From: an uncultured Thermoplasmata archaeon
GTDB lineage: Archaea > Thermoplasmatota > Thermoplasmata > Thermoplasmatales > Aciduliprofundaceae
Length of the DNA: 34,322 nt
Assembly (NCBI GenBank): GCA_964465785.1
Contig: CAYXLB010000001.1
Coordinates: forward strand, 1-34,322
Direction of reading: 5' to 3'
Every line of letters starts with the position of its first letter. Positions within the stretch are counted from its first letter, which is position 1. Made by a program: the position numbers and the translations under genes. Below are positions 8,932 through 19,096 of this stretch, in pieces. The notes under the pieces are model-generated. The model had not been told where the DNA came from. It saw only the letters and a program-made list of their open reading frames with translations, and ran no database searches.

Positions 8932-8950
8932 TATATAAATCTTTCTTTCT
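8932..8950 (-). promoter_or_regulatory. BRE/TATA promoter of the regulator-radical SAM operon
   Basis: Minus strand reads AGAAAGAAAGA-TTTATATA, ending 21 nt before GTG 8910 (leaderless spacing). Confidence 0.65.
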
Positions 8951-8999
8951 GGCAAAAATATAAATACAAATTCCATAATCACGCCTAAAGGTGATTTGA

Positions 9000-9512
9000 A
9001 TGGTGAGAAAACCAGGGAGGATGTATCACAATATCGATGGTCCCGCATATACGAGAAGGGAATATATGGGAGGAGTTCCAAATCCGAAGATTGTTCACTT
9101 TGAGATGGGTAATGTTGATGCAAAGGAGGATTTCCCTGTGGAGCTAAATCTCGTTATAAATGAGGCTTGCCAGATCAGGCATAATGCCCTGGAGGCTGCC
9201 CGTATCATAGCCAACAAGTATCTAGGTAGGATAGGCTCTGCCAATTACTATCTATGGATTAGGGTGTATCCCCACCATGTTCTCAGGGAGCACAAAATGG
9301 CTACTGGGGCTGGAGCAGATAGAATCTCATCTGGAATGAGCAAGGCCTTTGGCAAACCGGTTGGTACCGCCGCAAGGGTTCGCGAGGGACAAGTTATAAT
9401 GACCGCCAGGGTCTATCCACAGCATATAGAGAGGGCAAAGAGGGCTCTTAAACAGGCTGCATATAAGCTTCCAGCACCCTGCAGCATAGTCGTGAAGAGA
9501 AGGGAGAACTAA
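9000..9512 (+). CDS. rpl10e: 50S ribosomal protein uL16 (L10e)
   Basis: [51 protein letters not shown]. Confidence 0.96.
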   Translation: MVRKPGRMYHNIDGPAYTRREYMGGVPNPKIVHFEMGNVDAKEDFPVELNLVINEACQIRHNALEAARIIANKYLGRIGSANYYLWIRVYPHHVLREHKMATGAGADRISSGMSKAFGKPVGTAARVREGQVIMTARVYPQHIERAKRALKQAAYKLPAPCSIVVKRREN

Positions 9513-10102
9513 GCCTTTTTTATAGGTATCTCATTTATTATTTCCTTTTTCAGTAAGGCCTTTTCCTTCGAATTTAGGATATCCATATCTATTGATATTA
9601 TGAGAATCCCATGATTCTCACTTACCACATCCCTTATCCTCTGCAAGAAACGCAGCACCTTCAGAAAATCTGTATTTGTAATCATACTTTCCGTTCCCTC
9701 AATAACCACAACCCCCTTGGAATGCTTAGTTATGAAGGACGATATTATGGTTTGAATCTTTGGTAAATCCCCCGGATTCACCCTCCCCTCGCCCTTAACA
9801 GATGTTAGCCAGTACACTATGGCATTATCATAACTTGAAAAATCTAAATTATCAGGATTTTCACGGCTTATATACAATCCTTCAAATCCCCTGTCTAGAA
9901 TCTGCTGGAATATCTTCCTTGCATATTTTGATGCCTTCTCGTTCACAAGATAGGCATGCCCAGCCTTTATCTCAAAATCTCCTTTTCTCTTCTTTTTCCT
10001 TCCATACTTCTTAACTATCCTCTCCACCTCCTTCCTAAGGGTGGCATCATCCTTCTTGAGGGCGATTTTGAGTTCTCTGAGCAGATCCTCCACAGTGGGC
10101 AT
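9509..10102 (-). CDS. DUF835 domain protein
   Basis: [42 protein letters not shown] pattern, with a basic helical N-terminus. Confidence 0.78.
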   Translation of the reverse strand: MPTVEDLLRELKIALKKDDATLRKEVERIVKKYGRKKKRKGDFEIKAGHAYLVNEKASKYARKIFQQILDRGFEGLYISRENPDNLDFSSYDNAIVYWLTSVKGEGRVNPGDLPKIQTIISSFITKHSKGVVVIEGTESMITNTDFLKVLRFLQRIRDVVSENHGILIISIDMDILNSKEKALLKKEIINEIPIKKA

Positions 10103-10136
10103 ATAATTGCATTCTAATGATGATATAAATAGATTG

Positions 10137-11204
10137 CTATTCTATCCGCTTTAATATGGAGAGGTAGAATATATCCCCAGCAAGAATGTAGGAACCAAAC
10201 TTCCCACTCCTTAAATATTCTTGGTATTTGCAATTGAAATCGGCAACTTCAAAATTCCCATCTTTCAAAAATTTCTCTATTATCCCCTCCGTCTCTATGG
10301 AGGTGTAGGAGCATACCACATAAACCAAAAAACCATCTTTTTTAACATAATTTTTTGCCTGACCCAAAATTTCCAATTGCATTTGGGCATATTTTTCAAA
10401 TCCCTCCTGATACTTTGCCTCAGGATTCCTGGCTGCGGCACCCACACCACTGCATGGTGCATCTACCAAAACAACATCAAATTCGCCCTGAGGTCTATCT
10501 TGAAATATATGCACCTGCATACCCCATTTCTCAGCCCTTCTTTGCAGGGATCTTAGTTTCCCAGAATTAATATCATAGGCATAAAACTCATTTTCCGAGC
10601 CCAAGGAATGCATGGCCAAGCTCTTCCCACCACTTCCTGCACAATAATCCAAGATTCTTTTCCCAAGGGATGATGTTATTTTTGCCACTATCTGACTTGA
10701 AGCATCCTGTACAATGGCATATCCATCATTAATAAGCGAAGAATACCTTGCAGCAGGATCTGTAATAACTGCACTCTCTGGAATGTATTCCCTAGTCCAA
10801 TATCCCTCCTCCCAGAGTTTTTCCATCGCCTCTTTTCTGCTTATCCTCTTCAGATTTATGCAAAGTGTCGTATCCGGTTCCCTATTTATAATGGGTATGA
10901 ATTCCTCGGGACTCAGAGTTGCAAGCTCCTCGCTCATAGAATACTTTATATGCCTTGGAGCGCCTAAATCGGGCTTTTCCTTAGATAAAAGAATATAATT
11001 TTCCGGGGTTTTTTTCATTCCCCTCTTCTCAAGGATGTAATCATAGTATTTTTTGAAACGCACAACATCGTGCACAATCTCGGCGACCTTGTTTCTCTCA
11101 TTAAAATCCAATCCCGATTTTGGTAATATATCCCTCATTGCCCTAGCCATATTCCCCTTGCGAAGCCATTTTGCAATAACCCTGGCCGCAGTTCTCTCAA
11201 TCAT
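10137..11204 (-). CDS. RsmB/NOP family RNA cytosine-C5 methyltransferase
   Basis: VQDASSQ, LDYCAGSGGKS, VDAPCSGVG (motif IV Cys), YVVCS (motif VI Cys). Confidence 0.9.
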   Translation of the reverse strand: MIERTAARVIAKWLRKGNMARAMRDILPKSGLDFNERNKVAEIVHDVVRFKKYYDYILEKRGMKKTPENYILLSKEKPDLGAPRHIKYSMSEELATLSPEEFIPIINREPDTTLCINLKRISRKEAMEKLWEEGYWTREYIPESAVITDPAARYSSLINDGYAIVQDASSQIVAKITSSLGKRILDYCAGSGGKSLAMHSLGSENEFYAYDINSGKLRSLQRRAEKWGMQVHIFQDRPQGEFDVVLVDAPCSGVGAAARNPEAKYQEGFEKYAQMQLEILGQAKNYVKKDGFLVYVVCSYTSIETEGIIEKFLKDGNFEVADFNCKYQEYLRSGKFGSYILAGDIFYLSILKRIE

Positions 11205-11282
11205 CTTTGTTAGAAAGATGAAGTAAGGTAAAAAACTTTCTCAAAGGGGAAGTTTTAATTACTCATAGGAATTTAGCATCCC

Positions 11283-12329
11283 ATGGGCGAGAGCAGATAT
11301 CAGAAGTTACTCTTTGTGATTCTCTTCAAACCATCCGGAATCATTGCCTTCTTCTCCATATTACTCGGCTTCTTAGGGATATCCCTCTACACATTAATGA
11401 TTGCCTACAATCCATCCCTCTTCTTTGAAATAAGACCATGGTTCATCCCGATTCTTCTTTTATCAATTGGGGCAATTTTTCTATATCTGTCTATCAAATC
11501 CATTGAAAGTGATTCACAGAAGTTCGTGAAAGATATAAAGGAGGAGAAAAAAAGGATTGAAAGGATAATAGAAAGCCTTGAAAATTCAGATATGGAAAAA
11601 TCCCCACTTCCAGATAGCTCCGAGGTTGGCATAAATGACCTCGATATAGAGATCATAGAGCTGGTAAAGGAAAACGGGGGATTCATCCCAATTTTAAAGA
11701 AGGATATTGATGAATCCTCCATATCCTATAAGCAAGCTGTAAAAAGTTTGGCGAAGCTGGAGGTTATGGGGTATTTAAGAATATCACAGGAGGGAAAAAA
11801 TAGGGGGGAGAAGAAGATAATCATAACGGTAAAAGGACTGGAGCTTCTTGAAATGCCGAGGGTTACCTTCATCACAGTTATTCCTGAGGACATCACCCTT
11901 ATGCTAGTCTATGCAAACATCCTTTACAGAAAGGGAGAGTTTGAGACGAGTATAGGAAAATGCTATAATACCATTGAGAGAGCCCTAAAAACCCACCTCA
12001 TCCCAAGCATCGATGATTATATTGAAAAGTGGAACAAGAAGCACAGCGATAGGAAATGGAAGGGAAATAAAACGATGGTCTCGCTCAATTCCCTCTTTAA
12101 TTTTTACAGGGAGAATGTGAATATGGATAAAAATGTTGCAAAATTTGTAAAAAATGCAATAGATTACATAGCGGAGGTGCGCTCCAGATATTCCCATGAC
12201 AAGCCTTCTGAAAAGTATCAGAAGGATGCATATCGTGTTCTAAAACTCACGGAGCTCATACTGGGGATGATGTTTGAGAATCTCAAGGAGCAGGTGGGTT
12301 TGAAATCTGAAAAAATCGCAAACCTTTAG
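11283..12329 (+). CDS. Membrane-anchored protein with coiled coil, wHTH and C-terminal HEPN-like domain
   Basis: Two hydrophobic N-terminal helices, wHTH (SYKQAVKSLAKLEVMGYL...ITVKGLELL), HEPN-like IERALK and RSRYSH (RxxxxH, nt 12180-12197). Confidence 0.7.
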   Translation: MGESRYQKLLFVILFKPSGIIAFFSILLGFLGISLYTLMIAYNPSLFFEIRPWFIPILLLSIGAIFLYLSIKSIESDSQKFVKDIKEEKKRIERIIESLENSDMEKSPLPDSSEVGINDLDIEIIELVKENGGFIPILKKDIDESSISYKQAVKSLAKLEVMGYLRISQEGKNRGEKKIIITVKGLELLEMPRVTFITVIPEDITLMLVYANILYRKGEFETSIGKCYNTIERALKTHLIPSIDDYIEKWNKKHSDRKWKGNKTMVSLNSLFNFYRENVNMDKNVAKFVKNAIDYIAEVRSRYSHDKPSEKYQKDAYRVLKLTELILGMMFENLKEQVGLKSEKIANL

Positions 12330-12347
12330 AGTTTTAGAGATAAATTT

Positions 12348-12355
12348 TTTATATA
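12348..12355 (+). promoter_or_regulatory. TATA box of the rps12 operon
   Basis: TTTATATA upstream of ATG 12393. AGGTGA RBS at 12381-12386. Confidence 0.65.
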
Positions 12356-12392
12356 GGCATCCGTTTAGGTGCCATACTCAAGGTGATGCAAA

Positions 12393-12821
12393 ATGGCCAA
12401 TGGATTGTACACAGCAAGAAAATTAAAGGACGATCGTAAAAAGTTCCGCTGGAGCGATAGGTATTATAAGAGGAGAGTCTTGAGACTCAAGGAAAAGAGC
12501 GACCCCCTAGAGGGCTCTCCCCAGGCAAGGGGAATTGTTATTGAGAAGGTGGGTATAGAGGCAAAGCAGCCCAACTCAGCCATTAGGAAATGCGTTAAGG
12601 TTCAGCTTATTAAGAATGGACGCGTTGTCACGGCATTTGCACCTGGCAATGGGGCCATAAATTTCATAGATGAGCACGATGAAGTGGTTATAGAAGGAAT
12701 AGGAGGAAGATTGGGGAGGTCGAAGGGAGATATTCCTGGAGTCCGTTACAAGGTAATCAAGGTAAATGGCATATCCCTCCTGGAGCTTGTACGCGGAAGA
12801 AAGGAGAAGCCCGTGAGGTGA
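12393..12821 (+). CDS. rps12: 30S ribosomal protein uS12
   Basis: [22 protein letters not shown]. Confidence 0.98.
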   Translation: MANGLYTARKLKDDRKKFRWSDRYYKRRVLRLKEKSDPLEGSPQARGIVIEKVGIEAKQPNSAIRKCVKVQLIKNGRVVTAFAPGNGAINFIDEHDEVVIEGIGGRLGRSKGDIPGVRYKVIKVNGISLLELVRGRKEKPVR

Positions 12822-12826
12822 TTTGA

Positions 12827-13390
12827 ATGGATTTCCTCATTTTTGGCAAGTACGATCCAAAGGAGGTCGTTGTTAAGGACCCTGGTTTGGCAAGGTACAT
12901 AAATCTGGAGGCAAGATTCGTTCTCCATACCCATGGGAGGCATGCGAAGAAGCATCTAGGGAAGACCAATGTGAATATCGTTGAGAGGCTAATAAACAAT
13001 CTTATGAGGACTGAGAAGTACACGGGAAAGAAGATGAGTGCCTACAATGTGGTGAAAAGAACTTTTGAAATCATAGAGCAGAGGACAAAGCAAAACCCGC
13101 TCCAGGTCCTTATTGATGCAATTCAAAATGCTGCTCCCCGGGAAGAGGTAACGAGATTGAAGATGGCTGGAATAGCCGTCCCAAAGGCAGTGGATGTTGC
13201 CCCTTCCCGCAGGCTTGATATTGCCCTGCGCAATATAGCCCTGGGGGCTGTGAATTCCACCTTCAAGAATTCAAAGAGCATTGAGGAATGCCTAGCTGAT
13301 GAGATAATAAAGGCTGCAAGAAATGACGTCAGCAGTTACGCCGTTTCCAAGAAGGAGGAAATTGAACGCGTTGCTGCCTCTGCAAGATAA
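12827..13390 (+). CDS. rps7: 30S ribosomal protein uS7
   Basis: [31 protein letters not shown]. Confidence 0.98.
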   Translation: MDFLIFGKYDPKEVVVKDPGLARYINLEARFVLHTHGRHAKKHLGKTNVNIVERLINNLMRTEKYTGKKMSAYNVVKRTFEIIEQRTKQNPLQVLIDAIQNAAPREEVTRLKMAGIAVPKAVDVAPSRRLDIALRNIALGAVNSTFKNSKSIEECLADEIIKAARNDVSSYAVSKKEEIERVAASAR

Positions 13391-13400
13391 GGTGGTTTAG

Positions 13401-15605
13401 ATGGGTAGGAAGGAAGATAATATCAAAAAAGCTTTGAAAATAATGAAGAATGTTGATCTGATAAGAAACATAGGGACCGTTGCCCATATTGACCATGGCA
13501 AAACCACGCTCAGCGATAATCTTATTGCTGGAGCCGGAATGATGAGCGAGGAACTCGCTGGAAAACAGCTCGTGCTTGATTTCGATGAGCAGGAGCAGGC
13601 AAGGGGTATAACGATAAACACCGCAGCTGCAAGCATGGTTCACGAGTACGAGGGAAAGGAATACCTCATCAATCTTTTGGATACTCCTGGTCACGTAGAC
13701 TTCGGCGGAGATGTTACCCGTGCAATGCGTGCAGTGGATGGAGTTATCCTTGTAGTATGTGCCGTTGAAGGTGTTATGCCCCAAACTGAGACCGTGCTTA
13801 GGCAGGCCCTCAGGGAGAGGGTTAAGCCTGTACTCTTCATAAATAAAGTTGATAGGTTGATAAACGAGCTGAAACTTGATGGCCAGCAGATGATGGCTAG
13901 ATTCGAGAAGATAATTAGGGAGGTAAATAAGCTTATAAAAAGATATGCCCCTGAAGAATTCAAGAGTGAGTGGATGGTGAGGGTGGAGGATGGAAGCGTT
14001 GCCTTCGGCTCTGCATATCACAACTGGGCAATCAGTGTGCCATATATGAAGAGGACTGGCATATCATTCAAGGATGTATTTGAGCATTTGGAAAGGGGTG
14101 AGAGCAAGGATCTTGCAAAGAAGGCACCCCTTCACAAGATCGTTCTGGATATGGTCATTCAGCACCTTCCAAATCCAAAGGAGGCCCAAAAATACAGGAT
14201 TCCAAAGATATGGAAGGGGGATATTAACAGTCCCCTTGGTCAGGCAATGATTAATTGCGATCCAAATGGACCTGTTGGAATGATGGTAACCAAGATAGTT
14301 ATGGATCCCCATGCTGGAGAAGTTGCCGTAGGTCGCCTATTCAGCGGAACCCTGAGAAAGGGACAGGAATTGTACATTGCAGGTATGGGAAATCGCAAAT
14401 ATAGGATTCAGCAGCTCTCCATGATGGTGGGACCCGATAGGATTCAGGTGGATGAACTGGATGCAGGAAATATTCCCGCTATAATCGGACTTAAGGATGC
14501 AATAGCTGGTTCCACCGTATCGAGCATCCCTGATGTTGAGCCCTTTGAACCAATGAAGCATTATAGCGAACCAGTAGTTACCGTTGCTATAGAGGCAAAA
14601 CATACCAAGGATTTGCCACGTTTAATTGATGTTCTACGTTCAATATCCAAGGCAGACCCCAGCTTAAGGGTTGAAATAAATCAAGAGACGGGAGAGCATC
14701 TTCTTAGTGGAATGGGTGAACTTCATCTTGAGGTCACGATTTATCGCATAACCCATGAGTATAAGGTGGAAGTTATAACTTCACCCCCAATAGTGGTTTA
14801 TCGCGAAACTGTGGACCATCAGGGTGGGCCCTTCGAGGGTAAGAGTCCCAACAAGCACAACAAATTCTACATTGTGGTAGAGCCACTGGAGGAAAGTGTT
14901 GTACGGGCCATAGTTGAGGGTGAGATTGAGGAGATGGATAGGATAAAGAATAGGAAGGATCTCGCAAAGAAGCTGGAAGAATTGGGAATGAATAGGGATG
15001 AGGCAAAGAAGGTTGAGGCAATTCGCGGTCCAAATATCCTGCTGGATATGACTTGGGGTGTGCAGTACCTGAATGAAACCATGGAGCTTGTTAAGCAGGC
15101 ATTCTTTGAGGCTGTTGAAAAGGGCCCCTTGGCCAATGAGAAGGTCTATGGAGTGAAGGTAAAGCTTGTGGATGCAAAATTGCATGAGGATAGCATACAT
15201 AGAGGGCCCGCTCAGGTTATACCTGCCGTTAGGAATGCAATATATGGTGCAATGTGTCAAGGTACCCGGGTTCTTCTGGAGCCTGTGCAGAAGATATACA
15301 TCAACGTACCCATGGAACTTGTTGGTGCTGTGACAAGAGAGATACAGCAGAGAAGAGGAGTTATCGTTGATATGGAGCAGGAAGGAGAGCAGACAATAGT
15401 GCACGCTAAGGCTCCGGTGGCAGAGATGTTCGGATTTGCCTCCGCAATTCGTAGCGCCACAGGAGGACGCGTGTTGTGGAGCACTGAAAATGCAGGATAC
15501 GAAAGAGTTCCAAGAGATCTGCAACCCCAGATAGTAAGGCAGATAAGGGAGAGAAAGGGACTCAAACCCGAGCCCTATGATGAGAAGTATTATGCGGAGT
15601 TGTGA
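13401..15605 (+). CDS. fusA: Translation elongation factor aEF-2
   Basis: [26 protein letters not shown], diphthamide loop [11 protein letters not shown]. Confidence 0.98.
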   Translation: MGRKEDNIKKALKIMKNVDLIRNIGTVAHIDHGKTTLSDNLIAGAGMMSEELAGKQLVLDFDEQEQARGITINTAAASMVHEYEGKEYLINLLDTPGHVDFGGDVTRAMRAVDGVILVVCAVEGVMPQTETVLRQALRERVKPVLFINKVDRLINELKLDGQQMMARFEKIIREVNKLIKRYAPEEFKSEWMVRVEDGSVAFGSAYHNWAISVPYMKRTGISFKDVFEHLERGESKDLAKKAPLHKIVLDMVIQHLPNPKEAQKYRIPKIWKGDINSPLGQAMINCDPNGPVGMMVTKIVMDPHAGEVAVGRLFSGTLRKGQELYIAGMGNRKYRIQQLSMMVGPDRIQVDELDAGNIPAIIGLKDAIAGSTVSSIPDVEPFEPMKHYSEPVVTVAIEAKHTKDLPRLIDVLRSISKADPSLRVEINQETGEHLLSGMGELHLEVTIYRITHEYKVEVITSPPIVVYRETVDHQGGPFEGKSPNKHNKFYIVVEPLEESVVRAIVEGEIEEMDRIKNRKDLAKKLEELGMNRDEAKKVEAIRGPNILLDMTWGVQYLNETMELVKQAFFEAVEKGPLANEKVYGVKVKLVDAKLHEDSIHRGPAQVIPAVRNAIYGAMCQGTRVLLEPVQKIYINVPMELVGAVTREIQQRRGVIVDMEQEGEQTIVHAKAPVAEMFGFASAIRSATGGRVLWSTENAGYERVPRDLQPQIVRQIRERKGLKPEPYDEKYYAEL

Positions 15606-15614
15606 GGAAAAGGA

Positions 15615-15622
15615 TTTATATA
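15615..15622 (+). promoter_or_regulatory. Internal TATA box for tuf
   Basis: TTTATATA preceded by purine-rich GAAAAGGA in the fusA-tuf gap. GGAGGT RBS follows. Confidence 0.65.
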
Positions 15623-15658
15623 TAATGCATATATGGGAAAAAGAAGGAGGTATGAAAA

Positions 15659-16933
15659 ATGGCAGATAAAAAACCGCACCTGAATATCGTGTTCATCGGA
15701 CACGTTGACCACGGTAAATCTACAACAGTGGGTAGATTACTCTACGAGCATGGAGAGATAGATCAGAGGGTCATTGACCAGTACAGGCAGGAGGCAGAGA
15801 AGCTTGGCAAAGCTACCTTCGAGTTCGCCTTCGTCATGGATAGGCTCAAGGAAGAGAGAGAAAGGGGCTTGACAATTGATGTGGCTCACAGAAAATTCGA
15901 GACTGATAAGTATTACTTCACAATCATCGATGCTCCTGGTCACAGGGACTTCGTCAAGAATATGATTACTGGAACTTCCCAGGCAGATGCAGCCATCCTG
16001 ATTGTTGCAGCCCCTGAGGGAGTTATGGAGCAGACAAAGGAACACATATTCCTGGCAAGAACCCTCGGTGTCCCACAGATGATAGTGGCTGTTAATAAGA
16101 TGGATGCCACAAAGCCACCCTACGATGAGAAGAGATTCAATGAAGTTAAAGCTGAAGTGGAGAAGCTCCTGGCAGCTGTGGGCTGGAAGGATGTTCCCTT
16201 CGTACCAATATCCGCCTACAATGGAGATAACATAATGAAGAAGAGCGATAAGATGCCCTGGTGGAAGGGACCTACTCTTCTTGAATTGCTCAATAATCTC
16301 AAGGTTCCACCCAAGCCAACAGATAAGCCTCTGCGCATACCAGTCCAGGATGTTTACAGCATTACTGGTATAGGTACTGTGCCTGTGGGTCGTGTTGAGA
16401 CTGGAGTCCTAAAGGTTGGAGACAAGGTCGTATTCATGCCAGCCAACAAGAGCGGTGAGGTAAAGAGCATTGAGATGCACCATGAGCCTATGAAGGAGGC
16501 ATATCCTGGAGACAACATAGGATTCAACGTTAGAGGCATAGGGAAGAAGGATATCAAGAGAGGAGATGTTTGCGGTCATACAACCAATCCACCAACAGTG
16601 GCAAAGAGCTTTACTGCCCAGATAGTGGTTCTCAACCACCCAAGCGTTATAGCTCCTGGATACACACCGGTGTTCCACGCACACACAGCACAGGTGGCTT
16701 GCAGGTTTGAGGAACTCATAAAGACCCTTGATCCTCGCACAGGACAAACCAAGCAGGACCATCCAGACTTCCTCAAGACCGGTGACATTGCAGTGGTGAA
16801 GATAGTGCCCACAAGGCCTATGGTAATAGAGCCCGTTAAGGAGATACCTCAGCTTGGAAGGTTTGCCGTGAGAGATATGGGCCAGACCGTTGCGGCTGGT
16901 CAGTGCATTGAAGTGGAGAAGAAACAACTCTAA
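15659..16933 (+). CDS. tuf: Translation elongation factor aEF-1 alpha
   Basis: [30 protein letters not shown]. Confidence 0.98.
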   Translation: MADKKPHLNIVFIGHVDHGKSTTVGRLLYEHGEIDQRVIDQYRQEAEKLGKATFEFAFVMDRLKEERERGLTIDVAHRKFETDKYYFTIIDAPGHRDFVKNMITGTSQADAAILIVAAPEGVMEQTKEHIFLARTLGVPQMIVAVNKMDATKPPYDEKRFNEVKAEVEKLLAAVGWKDVPFVPISAYNGDNIMKKSDKMPWWKGPTLLELLNNLKVPPKPTDKPLRIPVQDVYSITGIGTVPVGRVETGVLKVGDKVVFMPANKSGEVKSIEMHHEPMKEAYPGDNIGFNVRGIGKKDIKRGDVCGHTTNPPTVAKSFTAQIVVLNHPSVIAPGYTPVFHAHTAQVACRFEELIKTLDPRTGQTKQDHPDFLKTGDIAVVKIVPTRPMVIEPVKEIPQLGRFAVRDMGQTVAAGQCIEVEKKQL

Positions 16934-16936
16934 TCC

Positions 16937-16949
16937 CTTTTTTATTTTT
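16937..16949 (+). terminator. T-tract (partial) terminator after tuf
   Basis: CTTTTTTATTTTT directly after the tuf stop codon. Confidence 0.45.
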
Positions 16950-16959
16950 GGTGAGATAT

Positions 16960-17274
16960 ATGGCTGTCTATAGGGCCAGGATAAGACTAAGCGGCACGGA
17001 CCATAAAAAGGTAGATGAAGTATGCAATCAGATTAAGAGGATTGCTGAAAGAACAGGAGTGGAAATGCACGGACCTATTCCATTGCCCACCAAGAGATTG
17101 GTTGTACCCATTAGGAAGGCTCCCGATGGTGAAGGAAGCGAAACATGGGAGCGCTGGGAGATGCGTATACACAAAAGGCTCATAGATATAGATGCCGATG
17201 AAAGGGCCCTGAGACAGCTTATGCGCATCCAAATTCCAGATGGAATACATATTGAAATCGAGCTCAAATCCTAA
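16960..17274 (+). CDS. rps10: 30S ribosomal protein uS10
   Basis: [32 protein letters not shown]. Start set to ATG 16960 after the GGTGA RBS. Confidence 0.97.
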   Translation: MAVYRARIRLSGTDHKKVDEVCNQIKRIAERTGVEMHGPIPLPTKRLVVPIRKAPDGEGSETWERWEMRIHKRLIDIDADERALRQLMRIQIPDGIHIEIELKS

Positions 17275-18068
17275 AAATCTTTTAACTCATAGATTTCCTT
17301 TCCATCCTTGTAAACTCTTATTATTCCCTCTGTGGATACGGCAAAACTGATTGCCCTTGTGAGTTTTGTTATTGATCTTGCGGCAAGATGTCTTCCCCCA
17401 TGACCATCCAGAATCCATTCATCAACCAAGAGATTTTTCACATATACACCCGTGGATACCACATACCCATCCTCGTCTATTAGGGTTGCACCATCCATAA
17501 TTGCAAATTCCTTTATGGTGTCAAAATTCTCCTCATTCAAAACATTCCTCATTTCCCTATCAATTCCATTCACGGGATTTGCTATCTTTTGCACAACATA
17601 TTTCATAACATTTTGAGTGTCTCCTACTATGAACAGGGCCCCTGCAGGCGTGCCCTCTCTGCCCTTTTTCACTATTGACATGGATAGCTTTAGCACATTC
17701 TCAACAATCTCCCTATCCACCCTGTCTCCAATCATATCGAGTAGTATGGGGAGCTTCATGAGGGACAAATCAAAAAATAATCTGTGTTCCTCACCCCTTT
17801 TAGAAAATATAACGAGAACCCTATCCTTGGATGCAAGGTAGGAGGCATTGAGGAGATAAAAAATCGTATCCCTTATGAGGGTTAAATCCTCTATATCGGG
17901 ATAGGAGGCATAATCTGAGAATACCTTGATTACATTCCTCTTAAGCAGCATCTGGGCGGTGGGTCTTTTGTTCCTTGGATAAACAACTATAAGGGGCTTA
18001 TCTAAATACTCCCCAACCAATTTCTCTGGATCTTCGCCCATCAATACAACTTTATCAGGCTCTACCAC
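17271..18068 (-). CDS. dacZ: Diadenylate cyclase (DAC/DisA_N domain), archaeal DacZ-like
   Basis: [15 protein letters not shown] motif (IMDGATLI), [15 protein letters not shown]. Confidence 0.82.
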   Translation of the reverse strand: MVEPDKVVLMGEDPEKLVGEYLDKPLIVVYPRNKRPTAQMLLKRNVIKVFSDYASYPDIEDLTLIRDTIFYLLNASYLASKDRVLVIFSKRGEEHRLFFDLSLMKLPILLDMIGDRVDREIVENVLKLSMSIVKKGREGTPAGALFIVGDTQNVMKYVVQKIANPVNGIDREMRNVLNEENFDTIKEFAIMDGATLIDEDGYVVSTGVYVKNLLVDEWILDGHGGRHLAARSITKLTRAISFAVSTEGIIRVYKDGKEIYELKDF

Positions 18069-18092
18069 ATCCTATCAAATTAATCAATCTAT

Positions 18093-18713
18093 TTAATTTT
18101 TCTTATTCTCCATCTTGCTTGCTATTTTCGCAGTCATAAGGGCCATGGTTATCTCACTTCTAGTCTTTTCAATAAGTGCCCGCGCAGTGTCCTGTTTAGG
18201 TTTAAGGGGCACCAGGCCTGAAGGGTAGTTAAAACGCATGAGCATCTCATATATCATCTCCATTATGCCTAATATTTCCTCGGCCCTATCAAAATCCTCA
18301 GCCCTTAGGGATTCCACCGCTTCCCTTCTCAGCTCTCCTACAACATCCCCCATACCCATAAGGTATGCCTCTGGATTTATCCCCAGGGTCTTGTGGGATG
18401 GAATGTCCTCTCCTGCCATTATGGCCCTGAAAATCAAGGATTCACAATACTCCTGAAAGGCATTCTGGACAAATCCGGCATATAGAAGATCTGGATACTG
18501 ATTCGCCAGGAGACTTTTAAGATGCCATACCTCCTCCTTGAGCTTCCGTAAAATTTCTGTGGTATCCTCGCCCCTGTGCATCATCATAATTGATTGGGAA
18601 GCAAGTCTTATTATTACGCGAGAGGATTTTATGGCAATTTCCCTAACAGAATCCTTTTCGTCCATCTCTTCCTCTATGATATCCCCTATCTCCTTGAGAT
18701 TCATAATTTCCAT
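18093..18713 (-). CDS. Translin/Trax family protein (archaeal C3PO-like RNase)
   Basis: REIAIKSSR, QEYCE and YLMGMGDVVGELRR with the acidic catalytic-type residues. Confidence 0.85.
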   Translation of the reverse strand: MEIMNLKEIGDIIEEEMDEKDSVREIAIKSSRVIIRLASQSIMMMHRGEDTTEILRKLKEEVWHLKSLLANQYPDLLYAGFVQNAFQEYCESLIFRAIMAGEDIPSHKTLGINPEAYLMGMGDVVGELRREAVESLRAEDFDRAEEILGIMEMIYEMLMRFNYPSGLVPLKPKQDTARALIEKTRSEITMALMTAKIASKMENKKN

Positions 18714-18729
18714 ATTTCATTCCAATATT

Positions 18730-19092
18730 TCAAATTACCCTTACCTCTATTTCTTCCCCCCTTCGATTATAGGCCTTCCAAGAATCCATGGTGAAGGGAT
18801 AGGCAACGATTATATGTACATCTCCCGTTCTAGAGAACATTTGTATATCTGCCTCTGAAGGTAGGGGAACCCCAGAGGGATGGGAATGGACAGACCCCAC
18901 TATGGTAAAATCAATTGGTTTCATAAGGAGATTGTAGAGAACGCTCCTACCACCAGATATGGTGCCCGGTAGAAGGATTATTTCGTAAATAATATTATGC
19001 TTGGCCCTTAAAAAGGCCCCAAACTCATCAGGATATGATGACTTGGAGGATTCCATTATAAGCCTAAGCACATCCCTCTTTATTTTCCACAT
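18730..19092 (-). CDS. JAMM/MPN+ metalloprotease (desampylase-like)
   Basis: N-terminal E (YPDEF) plus the HSHPSGVPLPSEAD JAMM motif. Confidence 0.9.
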   Translation of the reverse strand: MWKIKRDVLRLIMESSKSSYPDEFGAFLRAKHNIIYEIILLPGTISGGRSVLYNLLMKPIDFTIVGSVHSHPSGVPLPSEADIQMFSRTGDVHIIVAYPFTMDSWKAYNRRGEEIEVRVI

Positions 19093-19096
19093 GCTA

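Noticed and set aside
8911-9123. N-terminal extension of the regulator ORF
   Set aside because: Runs through the promoters and antisense into rpl10e.
14990-15240. Possible non-canonical EF-2 lacking the diphthamide site
   Set aside because: The HRGPAQ loop with the target His is intact.
13329-16927. Long antisense ORFs (230, 247 and 172 aa) opposite fusA and tuf
   Set aside because: Shadow frames of strongly biased, conserved genes, with no protein motifs.
17271-19092. Bona fide CBASS or other known defence operon
   Set aside because: The cyclase is DAC-fold, not a CD-NTase, and there is no E1/E2 or known effector. Kept only as an analogy.
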